Assembly: GCA_951406725.2 (NCBI GenBank) | Contig: OX597827.1 | Span: 40,238,001 to 40,302,000, forward strand | DNA: 64,000 bases | Source of the DNA: Octopus vulgaris | Taxonomy: Eukaryota | Direction of reading: 5' to 3' | Shown: positions 15,401 to 28,240 of the stretch, in pieces | Position numbering within the stretch: position 1 is the stretch's first letter | Layout: every line of letters begins with the position of its first letter | The notes under the pieces: generated by a model | Seen by the model: only the letters and a program-made list of their open reading frames with translations | Databases searched by the model: none | What the model was told of the DNA's origin: nothing | Translations under genes and position numbers: made by a program

Positions 15401-16765
15401 AAGTGTTTGATATAGTGTTTTGTTTTAAAAAAATATATGTGTAAAACTTGTGAAGCTTATAAAATTTACGTTTATTTTGCTGATCACATGTTCAGACAAG
15501 TTTCAGCAAGAAATATATACTAAATAGCAACAAATATTCAACCAATGAGGAAGCTTGTATGTAGTTGCTCAACCTGCTAGAATAGACAACTCACTATAAA
15601 ATCACATGCGACTAGCTTAAAATAAAAAAGTTATTTAAAGACAAGAAAGGCATGTTGGAAAATGTAGTAGGAGATAACTGTTTGAAAAGAGTTATAACTG
15701 GAATGTTCTTGATCATAGGTCTGCTGAATCAGAGATGATTTAAGCTAAGTAATAGATATGTGTAACCATAAAAAAAAATGAAATAAGAACAGTAAAAGAT
15801 AAATAATGACTCATAACTACAGGGAAAAATGAAAGGGGGAGTTGTGATGATTATTCTTTTTCCAAGGGCATAAATAACTAAAATAAAAAGATTCCAATTG
15901 AGAAGTAAAATCAGAGAAAAATTAATAAATTTAGACATAATAGAAATTTTTTTATATATTTTCAAATTACATTATAATGAATTATGTTAGACATTGTGTC
16001 TAATACCTGTAAAAGTCCCTTCTCAAACCGCTGAACCAAATGGGGAGTCTGATTTCTCAATATGCTAGAAATAGCTAAATTTCCTTCAAATTACATCCAA
16101 CCATGCAGCATTTTAAACTAAACTATAATTATACAACTTCATCCAGTTATTGTTAATCCTAGGAAAGACGGAGACAACTGGACATTTAACTCACTAGCAT
16201 ACTCAAAACAACAATTTTATAGTTTTTATTTTGTTAGTTGAATAGAAACAACCATGAGATGGATGGTTGTGCAAGGCTTTATAACAGGAAAGGAATGTTA
16301 TAAGAGCAACTGGAATGAAAACAGTGCACGCCCATAGAGGACTGAAACCTTATATCTACTACATTTGATAATCACATAAGTTCAAGTCCCACCAGTGGAC
16401 CTGTTGCTCTTTATATATCAAACAGACAGTTATAATATCTAATAACATTTACATGAAAATTTCAAGGAGAGATAAATCTGGTCCAGAAGCACCACAGAGA
16501 CTTTTCGATGTAAAATCAATATTGCTTAAATGCTGTAAAGAAGGAAGCGATTTGGGAGCTAAATTTAGCAGGTTAAATGGCTAAACAGAATCAATTCTTG
16601 CAGGATTTTACATAGTTACTCAAATTCAAACAACCAGGATTAAGTACCAGATCAGATGGGTAATGTTAGCAGTTTTAGACCAGCACCCCATGAAGAGTAG
16701 TATTAATCTCTAACCTGCTTTTCAACATAGAAATGAAGATAAGCAATGGCCCTTCAGTACATATA

Positions 16766-17620
16766 CAAGGTGGTATCAAAAAGTTCTAGGACTAGATATG
16801 TTTAATAAAGAATAACTTATTTACCTAAGTCCTATCTCCTTCAAGATAATCACCTTGCACAGCAATACACTAGTCCCAGCATTCCTACCACTTTTAGAAT
16901 CCAGCTTGGAAGTTTTCTGTAAGTGAGTTGAGGACCTTCTGCAATTTGCTCTGGATCTCAACAACAGTGTTAGAACAGCAACTTTAGGCTGCATTTTCAT
17001 TTGAGGAAAAAACATGGAAGTCTGCAGGTGCTAAATCTGGTGAATAGGGCAGGTACAGAATCGATACATGTTGTTTTTGGCAAGAAACTCACAAGGGAGG
17101 AGAGCTCAGCAACAGAGTGCATTGTTGTCATGAAGAATCCAGTTCATGTTCCACAGATCCAGTTGCTTTCACTGAATGTCCTCCCTCAAACACTTCAAAA
17201 CATAACAGTAGAACTCTTGATTGATGGTCTGGCCCTACAGGATGAATTCTCAATGCACAATACCACATTTCCAGGGATGATGCTTATGGCAGATCTTCCA
17301 GGGATATTCTACTTTTGAAGTGCCTGTGCCACTTGAAACATTGCATACAACCCATTGCCTTGTTGCCATAAGCTTGCCAAAGCATGCTTAATGTCTCTGT
17401 AGCAGACTTCTCAAGTTTAATGCAAAATTTAACATTAGCTCTTTGTTCCTGTCCATGACAAAATTACAGATTACAGTATGTAATTGCAAAAATACAAATT
17501 TCACAACTAGCGAAGTAAACACAGCGATATCACTGCTAGCTCTCACTGCAAATCCAACCAAGTGCTGTCATCTGTTGGCACACTACAGAACTAGGCTGGG
17601 AACTTTTTGATAGTGCCTCA
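16766..17620 (-). mobile_element. Internally deleted mariner (Tc1/mariner) element
   Basis: Imperfect TIRs 'caaggtggtatcaaaaagttctaggactag' / 'ctaggctgggaactttttgatagtgcctca', both flanked by TA; minus strand reads LPYSPDLAPADFHVFPQMK (mariner YSPDLAP motif) near 17000-17055. Confidence 0.8.
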
Positions 17621-18142
17621 TAAATTTATAAGGTACTCAACAAATTTTAATCTGGGTCTAAAAGAATGGGTGTATAATCCTCAGTGAAAATGATATATAG
17701 ATAAAAACATTTCACAGAAGTAAAGCTAAGTCCTTCTGCAGGGTTATTGTGCTTTCGATCTTAAACAGTGAAACAGATACAAACCTAGTTCCTAGCATTT
17801 TATTTTTGAAATTATACCCTGCAATAGTTACTGTCAATTTTATTAGCTGGTGTAAAATTAATTCCTTCCACTCACAAAAACAAAAGTAAAAAGGATCCAA
17901 TTTGAAAGTATATGCAATGAGATATATTACTGGTATTAAATGACAATCAAGAGTGCAGAAAAAAAAATAAGCATGCGACAGTGTTAAAAAGTAGACAAGT
18001 AAATGAAGAGAAGTTAAATGTTGAAGTGTGAATGAACCAATGGTCACTCCAAGCAAGCAACACATAATACGAGACAGGTTTCCTGTTTTAATGACTGAAA
18101 CCTATAATGCGGTTAATAGTTGTAAAGGTATAACATACTCAC

Positions 18143-18391
18143 CAAAGTCAGTGCCGTGGCATGTGAGTCAATATCAGCAGTCAGAGGAGGCTTGTCGCCT
18201 ACCTGGAAGTCAAAGTAGACAACCTTGTGGGAGAATGTGGAGAACTCATTACTAAAGCAGAATTTATACACGCCAGTCTGGTCAGCTGTCCACGTGAAGG
18301 TATCATACTGTTTCTTAGTGTCTTTGTATAATATCTGACCACTTGGTGCTGAAAGTTCCATATCAACATCATAACTACCACCAGTTATTAC
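18143..18391 (-). CDS. TMED7: p24/TMED gamma-subfamily protein (TMED3/TMED7-like), coding exon 2 (GOLD domain)
   Basis: [10 protein letters not shown]...KKQYDTF...[26 protein letters not shown]...ATALTL; acceptor ttgcag and donor gtgagt; 249 nt, phase 0/0, in frame with exon 1. Confidence 0.92.
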
Positions 18392-21300
18392 CTGCAACAG
18401 AAACAAAACACTATATATTTTCTGATTATAAATAATAAACACCCAGTTTTAAAGCCATTATTGTCAATAATTAGTCTGGAGAAGCAGAGAAGTGGCCCTG
18501 ATTTTTCCAAGCTCTTTGAAACTGCAGCATAGGGATAGTTGGATGTGATTATTACAGTTAATATTCACATTAATACTCTTGATGTATATTAAGAAAATTA
18601 TGGAAAGAGGCAACAGAACCAAGCAGTGTTTATAATGTAGCAATTTGGTTAGAAGACAACATAGAATAGTCAATGTATGTATCAAATGGTTTTGAGATGG
18701 AAGTGGTATATTGTTAGCAAGACCTAGAGAGTAGTGGAAAAGATATAGTGATGAACATAATTCATGGATGGGCAAGAAAAGATACTGTTATTGATGGTTT
18801 ACACAAGAAAAGATTGGATATGGCTAGCCACCAGATTGAGAGAAATGGTCAGAATTTCATGTCACATCATTTACCGGATTCTCAAACTTTCACTTTGAAA
18901 ATACATTCTCACTTTTTTTTTTTAAATTAGAATGACTGAAATCTAATTATTTATTATTTTCAAGACAGTTCTGGGGTGAGACAATAATAGCTATGAACTA
19001 GTGCACCCTTCTCATACTTTTACCCCTCATTTCCTTGGATAAAGCTGGCTCCTGAAAGTTTGTAGTTTTGCAAACTGTATGGCAGCTTCATTAGTACTGG
19101 TGACACAAAAAAGGCACCTAGTTACACACTGTAAAGTGGTTGGCATTACAAAAGCAACCAGCCACAGTAATCATGGCAGACACTGTCAATCTCTCCAACA
19201 CATGCCAACATAGAACATGGACATTAAATGACAACGGAGGATGATGACCTAGTCATCTCATCACAAAGTTGTTGTTTTTTTTTTCTTACATATGGAAACT
19301 ACCACTTGCATAAGTCATGAAAATTAATACTAGTATATTCAATGTTATTTCAGCCAGGTTTGAAAAGGATACTAAATTATGCTAAATATTCTCGATTTCT
19401 TTAATTCAGTTTTAGTGTGTCAAGAAAATCTGCAGGACAGTTATGCAGCCAGACTACAAACTGCATAGTTATAAGTTCAAAACTCACTTTTTTTGTTATA
19501 TTAAACAAACGGGTTCCATTTGAGTGGTTAGCAGAAGGGCATCTTGTAGTAAAAGTAATTGCTCTAACAAATAAACCATCTCAGATAACAATTATGAAGG
19601 AAGTGAGCCAATGGATTAAGATTTCCTGGAGTGGAGAGCATTTCAGTGTTAGATAGGTCTTAAAAGAACCAGCTAATTGTAACCTTGCTAGTACCATAAT
19701 GGTTCATATGATGCTGATTGTCGCCAAGAAAAATATGAGGGACTTTCTAACACAAATCTACACAAAGGTTGGTGATCACTTGATATGAAAAATAAAAAGA
19801 AGTGTTAGAACATGATTATAGAAACCTTAAGCACTTCATAAGGTTCCTCAGAAGAGTATAGTTGAATAAATTAACCCACACTACTTGATTGGTATATATT
19901 TTATTAACCCTAAAAAGATGAAAACAAAGTAGACTACAGTGGAATTTGAACTTGATGTTAAAAAAAAAGAGATGTAACTTAATGCCAAATTGCTTAACTG
20001 CTATTAAAAAAGTTTACAATATATGTTAAAATGTTCATGAAACTTAAACTCTAATAATCAAAGTTATAAGTGTGTGTGTGTTACAACACGGATAAGGTTT
20101 GATAACAAGAAGAATCTCCAGCTGCAAAATCCTGCCTCAAATAAGCACTTGCCCAACACATGCTAGCAGGAAAAAATGGATATTAAATGAATAAGTGTGT
20201 GGGTGGGTGTGTATAATTCAGCTAACTGTAGAAATTTAAGTCTGCTTAACAAAAATTACAAAAGAGTGCTCCTTAACCATAAGAATGATTTCTAACATTG
20301 GCACAAACCCAAAAAATTTAAGGGAGAAATGACTGACTGATCCGATTCCAGCACATACCCGCTTTTTATTTTCGTCAACTTCAATTAAATAGAAGGCAAA
20401 GTCAACGCCTTAAGAATGTGAATTCTGATAGTGAGAGATAGGATAAAATTCTCAAACTCCAAGATCTGTTTCACAGACACACTCTCTCCACACTGCCCTT
20501 TCTACAATGCTACAATGCCCCTTGCTCCTCAAATGTGACTGCTTTCGTGTCACTTTCACGCAAGCACCCTCGATTCACTCTTTTCTCCGACTCTAAACAC
20601 TGTTCACCACCACTCCACATATACACCACTTCCAAGATAGACACACTAACCACTACAACCAATCCTTTCGTCCCAGAATATCGACACTTGGGGATTCCCT
20701 CCCGGCACATATCCTTCAAGTATCGATCTCACCGGTCTCGGAGGGCCAGTGAAGGTCGTAGATACAACTCTTCCTCCAGACTAAACTATTAAAAAAAAAA
20801 ACAAAAAAAAAAAACAATCCTGTCCCCTACTATTTTCGCCATTCCATCAGCTTGATTTTTATTATACATAAAACATACGAGATGAATACTAGTTGTTAAA
20901 CTAAGGGTAAACAACCAGTCCAATTTAATGCATGAGTGCGTATAAAATTGTCAAATTGCATTTTGTGTCAAATGATAATCTCCATATTTACAGATAAATA
21001 TTGTTTAATTATTTTTGATTTTTTTTCTAGGTAATATTTAATTCTGTAAAATTTAGCCATTTGTACACCCAAATGTTTACAGTCACTAAACCTTATTTTT
21101 ATTATTATTTAAATTCTTGGTTAAAATATACAACTTTCACACCTAATATGTATCATAACGTTGGTATGCTCCTAGTTAACGTGGCAGAACAAGCAACTCA
21201 ATGGGGCCATCCATTCATTAAACCTTACATGAATTCATATAAATTATCTATTAATATACGAAAAAAATGGTCATTAAGTAACCTGAGGGGAGGGAGTACG

Positions 21301-22382
21301 TTCTGCCAGGTTAAATTGACCTTGACCAGATACACGATGACAAAGTTTCTATGTGGCACCCCAAACTGAGAGACGAACCTTCCCCGAATAAATAGGGGAA
21401 CGGAAGTTTTGAAGCATTCAGGGTCCTGCATAAGACACAATGGACAGGATGCCAGCTCACGACACGTGAACTGGTGTTCAAATACGTTATACCCGAGGAT
21501 ATTTCATTCATACATATGCACACGCAGCCGTGGTTTCATAGAGGTTTACCGACACCTCCCTCTTGTAATTACTTTATAATTTCCCACAAAAAACCCTTTT
21601 TTTTTTAAACTCAACATGCGGAGGTCCTAGCTGGAATTATAAGGATCTGCTTTAATAACAGATGTGATCGCCATGGAATGGCGAAGAAGCCAACCTAAAG
21701 ACCTCGTCTTCAGTGTTACAGTCGTAATAAGTAACACCCACTAACACCTGTATCTGTCTGTGTTCATACCTATATGATGGTTACGTTAATTAGCATTTAT
21801 AAAACAAGGAAATTGAGACAACTATTTGTGAGATCGAAACAAGCATTTCCTTTCTACGCCTAGATACATCACAGATGATGTGTATGTGTAACATATATTG
21901 AACCTATCCTCGCAAAAATAAAAGTTATGTATAACCTTGTAGGACTGAGCTCATAGTGTTGGTGGACATAACTAAATATTGCAAATTAGTAGTCTAAGAC
22001 GTTATCGGGTTTCCCTACAACCATTTGCTAAAACCTATCTTCCACTTGTAACTCTAACTCATGAGTAAAAACCCTTTGAGAAAAATCTACAGTAGATTTT
22101 ACCGACCTCAGTACTTGAGTGGTACTTTCATTTATAGACCTGGAGAGGATCAAAGACAAAGTTGTTCCAGACGAAAATTTAACTCAGAACAAAAAGATAT
22201 AAATGGGGGATTTTTAACATTGGCACACATTTTTAGGGGACAGGGTGAAACCGGTTATCCACTGGTACCTATTTTACTGATATCAAAGGAATGAAAGGCA
22301 CAACTAATTACGATGTTATTTGAACGTTAAGGGATGATAGTAAATAAAATAATAGTAATAATTTTAATTTATTTTAACTCAC

Positions 22383-22562
22383 CTGGAACTCCAGTGTGCT
22401 TTTGAGGCCTTCTTTTATACTCTCGAAGAAACACATACGTTCGTTATCCGGTAGCTCAAACGTAAGTTCCCCGGACAGCACAGTATGCACATTTAAAAGA
22501 CATAGCAGTCCTGTCACAAACACGAACATTGAAGTCGACGAAGTACTCGCAAGACACTCCAT
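22383..22562 (-). CDS. TMED7: p24/TMED gamma-subfamily protein (TMED3/TMED7-like), coding exon 1 (signal peptide and start of GOLD domain)
   Basis: ATG at 22562; hydrophobic signal peptide then [16 protein letters not shown]...TLEFQ; donor CAG|gtgagt at 22382; 180 nt. Confidence 0.92.
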
Positions 22563-22689
22563 TTGTAACTATTTAATTATAATAACAATAACTAGTAAAG
22601 GAAAATTTAAATATTCAACAAGCACCCACCTAAAAAAAAATTAATTCCCCCAAAAAACAAGTAGTTATAATAATTAAAAATCACAGTAA

Positions 22690-22800
22690 CAAACAAACTC
22701 TAACAACTGCAGGAAGTCAGTCACTACACGACAACAAACAGTGGCGAGGCTTCGATTTGAAACCGGCTGGGTTTATGTTATTGTCGTATCGTTCAAAGAA
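22690..22800. promoter_or_regulatory. Putative TMED promoter region
   Basis: CpG-enriched patch 130-240 nt upstream of the ATG, with ETS/GABP-like CAGGAAGT at 22710-22717. Confidence 0.4.
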
Positions 22801-23306
22801 ACAGCGATTGATAATTAAATATATGCTTATATATATGATTTAAACTACTCATGTGTAAATGTGTCGTATTATGTATGTATATATAAATATACACATATGC
22901 TTGTGCGTGCGTATAAATATGTTTTATGGTAATATTTATATAAACACTGTCAGAAGATGCAGACGAATATATTGTTTTTTTTTTCCAAAGAAACAGATGA
23001 CAGTCCAGAGAAGGAAATTGTTACAAAAGAAAAAAAGAGAAAAGAAAAAAAATCAAGAAGGAAGAAAGACAATATGGAGCAAACAAAATCCTCTCCTTTC
23101 TTTTTTTACAACTCGAGGGGCGTGTAAGTGGTATCGGAGCCGGCCAGGTTTTATATGCTTAGTGACGGCAATGGCGACAGTGATGGCGGACCGAGTGACG
23201 TGGCTTTTCCGCTCGCCAGACGGCGTTTCGGTAGAATTTCGTGCTTCCGCTTTGATGCGTTGATATTTTGCCCCGTGTTTCTATATAAACGTGTATATCC
23301 GCAAAA

Positions 23307-23337
<31 letters not shown>

Positions 23338-23671
23338 TAAAGCTTAAAAGTATGCTAAATTATTGAAGATAGAATATAATAGTTATTAATTGTAAAGATC
23401 CGTAAGTACTTCTAATGAAAGGGAAAAGAAAAAGAAAACTTCGTACACAATACTATTCAATTTTTTTTTTTTAATATAGTGAGTTTGTGCCCATCTGAAT
23501 AATGATGTGGGCGAGCCAAAACATCGACTAAATAAAAATATATATACTCAGGACGTCATTCAAAACTGAAGTTGATGGGAATGAAACAAGTAATCAACTG
23601 CATATGTATCGATGATACACCTGTGGGTAGAAATCAATAAGTTATTGATCACCAATAAATGTAATAAAGTA

Positions 23672-24936
23672 TTGGGTTGTCCGGAAAGTTCGTGCCGATT
23701 CTTAAAAGAAAAAAAATGGTCAATAAATACTTGCCATTATATTTTTAATCAACCAAATCTGAACCATTTTGTTGCACAATGCGTCTCCATCTTTCCTTTA
23801 ACTTGAAAATACCCTCTTCCCAGAACTGAGGTGGTTTCATGGCAAGGAATTCATCAAGGTATCTTTTTAAGTCATCCAAGGAAGTGAAATTTTTACCATT
23901 AAAACTATTCTGCAGAGACCTAAATAAGTGGAAATCCGAAGGAGCAATATCTGGTGAATATGGAGGGTGGGGTAACACATCCCAGCTGAGCTGCAGCAAA
24001 TTTTGTTTGGTTCCCAAAGAAATGTGTGGTCTTGCATTATCATGTTGGAAAACAACACCCTTCCTGTTGGCCAATCCTGGACGTTTCTCTTGAGTTGCTG
24101 CTTTTAACTTGTCCAGTTGTGTGCAGTATTTCTCAGAATTAATTGTCTGGTTACTTGGGAGAAGCTCATAGTACAGAATTCCTTTCCAATCCCACAAGAC
24201 ACAAAGCAAGACTTTTTTAGGGTGACTAAGGGTGGCTCATGTCACTTACTCCAGGATTGCTTTCTCTGAACATTTCGGTAGATAATCCATTTCTCATCAC
24301 CTGTCACAATTTGCTTTAAAAAAGGTGCGTTTTCATTCCGTTTATAAAGCGAATCACAGATGGAAATGCAATTCAAAAGGTTTTTTTCACTTAACTCATG
24401 TGGTACCCAAACATCGTAGCGATTTGTGTACCCAAGCTTTACCAGGTGCTCATGAATGACAGATTTTGATAGGTTGAGGCTTTCTGCCAATTCTCGGGTT
24501 GTGCAATGTGGGTTATCCTCAATGAATGACTTGATTTGGTCATCATCTGTAGTAGATGGTCTGCCTGATCACTCTTAATCAATAAGGCTACAATCTCCAG
24601 CTTGGAACCTTGCGAACCACTTCCGTACAGTTCTTTCAGATAAAGAAACATCACTGTAAACTGCGCACATTTCTTTGGTTGCTTGTGAGGCATTCTTCCC
24701 TTTACAGAAAAAGAAAAGCATCAAGTGCCGAAAATTAACTTTCTTATCTTCCATTTTAAAGGGTTGCAGAATTAACACAGGTTATAGGAACATAAACCTT
24801 CTTCCACAAAAAGATAGCTTAAACTGTGCTCTAAATGGAGGTGTAGTCAAATCCTATTATATAGACTCAACCATGTTCTAAAATAAGTTGAAAGGTAAGC
24901 TACTATAAATCGGCATGAACTTTCCAGACAACCCAA
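23672..24936 (-). mobile_element. Near full-length mariner transposon (1265 bp) with inactivated D,D34D-type transposase
   Basis: 29-bp TIRs ttgggttgtccggaaagttcgtgccgatt / aatcggcatgaactttccagacaacccaa; TA on the left, TG on the right; transposase from ATG 24754 to 23745 with WVPHEL, TGDEKW, HDNARPH and YSPDIAPSD motifs; broken at ~24575 and ~24242. Confidence 0.95.
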
Positions 24937-25730
24937 TGCTTATAAGACAGACTGACAATAGAGAATGGTAACAGTATTGAAACTTATAATATTGACTTGA
25001 TCCTTTTATATACTGTCAGAATCACAAGCATCCAGCATAGGATGCTGGTCTCCAACAAGTAGTTTTTCTCCAGCATTGAATGCGAAGAAAAAGCTTGTTA
25101 GTTTACATTACTTGCAGAGATGAATTTCACAACACCTTTCATGATACCTATTTATGGCTGAGAGTTAAGTTTCTTGACCATGGACAAAGAGGTACAGTAA
25201 TAGAATAGATAACTTTCTGGTAATCTCATATTCTCACAACTGGACCATCTGCAATTCAGACCTAATATATTACTTGTAATTATTTTATCAATTCACAGAG
25301 AATGTAAACTCAAGATTTGCAAAATATTATCATCATCATAATGCTCTACATACCAACCTCTGCTACTCCACGTTATGACTCTATTTAAAGTTATTTATCC
25401 CAAGCCTCAAGTGATAACTTAATCATTTACCTAAATCTATCCGAAATACCAGATGTTGTGAGATTGATTATTCAACTGCTCCTCTTCTACAAACTTACAG
25501 AGAAAACTACCTCAACTTAATTACTATCTATATTTATACAATAAAAATGTGAGACTTTTTGAGCTCATATCTTAGTGTAAAAAGCACACCTCCTAGCATC
25601 AACAACAGCATCTTTTTCTTTTGTTTATTTCTTTGTCCTTTTTTGTTTTGATTTTGTTGGGGTTTTTTTTTCAGCCAAGATGGAAGACAATGTTCATGTT
25701 CTGAGAGTTGTGGGAAGAAGAGATCTTTAA

Positions 25731-25942
25731 CCCTTTAGTATTCAGATTACTCTATCAAATGTAATGCTTATTGATTCACACCATTTTGAATTAATCAAAC
25801 AGGATCATGTAGCTTTGAGATTTTGATGAAGTGATTGTTTATTTTTAAATAAGTCTGTAGGATAAGTGTGAACCTATCCAGTTTGAACATAAAAGAAGGT
25901 AGAATATTTGGACCTGATATGGCTGGTTTAAATGCTAACGGG
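25731..25942. mobile_element. piggyBac-type MITE
   Basis: ttaa|ccctttagtatt ... aatgctaacggg|tgaa: CCC/GGG termini with a degenerate TTAA target; non-coding. Confidence 0.6.
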
Positions 25943-26384
25943 TGAACCTGGCTGAACTGCTTGTATAAGAGTGGACGTTGACTAAATACACCTAAGATGC
26001 TAAATCATGTGATGTAGTAGGTCAACTACCCAGGCAGCTCACCATAACAGGATTTGAATTCAGAATTCAAAGAAGCTGGAACAAACACTGCAAGGTAATC
26101 CGGTTTGACATTCTTATAGTTCCACTAATCCACCATACTGGGTAGGTATTTTATTGATATCAAATAAAATAACCTGATTTTATGGTGCATGTTACCAATT
26201 TTTTTATTCAAAAATCAAAATGAAAAATCTCATGAAATTGACTAAAATTGATGATATTTCTGTATATAATTAATTGCTCAACTCTTCATAGATGCTAAAT
26301 GAGAAGTAATATAATTAATTGTACTAGGTAATTACGCATCATGCAATTAAGCAGAATTAAATGTGCATATATGTGTATGTGTGT

Positions 26385-26682
26385 GGAGGCACATGGCCTA
26401 GTGGTTAGAGCAGCGGACTCATGGTCGAGGGATCACGGGTTCGAATCTCAGACCGGGCAATGTGTGTTTATAAGCGAAAACACCTAAGCTCCACGTGGCT
26501 CCGGTAGAAGGTAATGGCGAACTTCTGCTGACTCTTTCGCCACAACTTTCTCTCACTCTTTCCTTCTGCATCTTTCAGCTCACCTGTGACAAACCGGCAT
26601 CCCGTCCAGGTAGGGAACTTGTACACCAAGGGAACCAGGAAACCGGCCCTATGAGCCAGGCATGGCTTGAGAAGGAACAAAC
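26385..26682 (+). mobile_element. tRNA-derived SINE
   Basis: Head with box A 'tggcctagtgg' and box B 'ggttcgaatc', followed by a non-tRNA body; related copies at ~32975-33190 (-) and ~61128-61330 (+). Confidence 0.85.
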
Positions 26683-26829
26683 ATGTGTATGTATATATGT
26701 AATCAGTTGTGATTTTATACGAATATAGTGAGGGTGTCTAACAGGGACTTAGTTCAACTTAAATTCATTACATGCCCATCTGATGAGTGTAGACTTCTTA
26801 ACTAAGAATGTTGTTGACAGTGACTTGAA

Positions 26830-28240
26830 GTCTCAGGCAGTTAAGCCATTGTTGGACTGTAGTGCATCAAAGTTGGTCTTGCTTTTATATAGTCTCTGTT
26901 GAGTTAAAATCTTCCTTGGGTGTGTAAGTTTGAGTGGAGTGGTAATTAGGTTTCTAGGGTGGGTTGTTATGGGTTGGTGTTCTGGAGAATTTTTTTTATT
27001 AAACTTGGAGTTATTGTTTAAAACTAATCCATGTGTGTAGAATTTTGTAAAGAAGTGGGTAAGTGTTTCTCTTTTGTTAGATAGACACAGGGTGTAGCAG
27101 TATTTTTGTTGTTTTTTGTATTTGGGATTTAATCTTTCTGCTTTGACAATGTAAAGATCAAAGGTAAAAAGTCCGGTATTCAAAGTCTTAGTAATTGAGT
27201 GTGTCAACTTTTTTTTTCACAAAATAATATAGATAGGTGGTAAGTTTCTACTGATCGTTTCTTTACTTGTTTTTATCTAGAGTATTTCTTGTTTCCATTT
27301 GTAAGATAAGGGTTATTAGTCATGTCAGTGTGCTATTAGTATAGAAAATTGTTTCTCTTGTTCTTTGATGTTCACAAAAGTATTTAAGTAAAGGTTGGTC
27401 TACATGTTTCTCTCTAAATGTTCAGTTCTATAAACAATTTGGTTTAAAGGGATTTAAACCTTTGTGTTTTATGGAGGCAGAGTATGCTGTTTGTTTATAA
27501 AACTTCTTCAATAGAACGTGTATATATGTTCATGTATAAAAATAAAATTTAACTAAAAAAAAAAAGGAAAGAGGTCATTCAGTTTGCTTGCATACAAATA
27601 TACATTTTTTAATGTGTATATATGTAGTTTGTATAGTTATATTAGAAAATCTTTGAGGGGATGTTGGTTGGAGATAGGGAAACTTTTAGATAATTTCTAG
27701 AGTACTTGTTTAGTGTAAAGCTGTAAGAGTTGTTTTCATTATATGTTATATTGTGGGGATTGTTTATGATGTAAGTGGAAGGAGGGGAGTTGGTGAGATA
27801 TTAACAAGTGCAGCAATGAGAAAAGATTCTTGGTTTGAAGTGTTTTAGACTTTTAAGGTTTTGTGCTTGCATAAAGAGACTAGTTCAGAGTTTCGGTTCA
27901 GCATTTGGCCCATGAATATTAGAATGTGGTAGGATTCATTAGTACAAGGTTGGCAGGGTTTCTTATCTTGGTGTGATTGTACATGTGAGAGTATTCTCCA
28001 ATTGATGCTAGAGTGTTTTTATTTTAATTGCCATATATGTTTGGAGAGTGACGTATCATATTTTTTCAGTTTGAGTTGCAAAATGTATATGAGTGTGTCG
28101 TCCCTTGAACTGGTTTGCTGTAGATCCTGTCTATGTAGATATAGTAGTTGGTGTCACGTTTGTGGTTACTACTTGGAGTGGGCACCCAGTGTGAATGGCA
28201 GCAACAGTATTTTTCATATTGGTGCAGCAGCTGTATGAAA
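26830..28240 (-). mobile_element. Degraded Penelope-like retroelement remnant (GIY-YIG region)
   Basis: Minus strand reads T*TGSTANQFKGR (~28098-28135; YIG-S/T..FK.R-like) and LSKHIWQLK (28022-28048), as in Penelope GIY-YIG endonucleases; strong strand compositional skew; left boundary uncertain. Confidence 0.55.

Noticed and set aside
20500-21560. CpG-containing segments in TMED intron 1
   Set aside because: Probably old transposon fragments; I could not assign a family, ORF or RNA structure.
23129-23140. tggtatcggagc resembling a tRNA-iMet primer-binding site of LTR elements
   Set aside because: No LTR ending in CA upstream and no gag/pol downstream.
26385-26460. tRNA-like sequence with A and B boxes
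   Set aside because: It continues into a SINE body found in several copies and lacks a proper acceptor stem and terminator, so it is a SINE head and not a tRNA gene.
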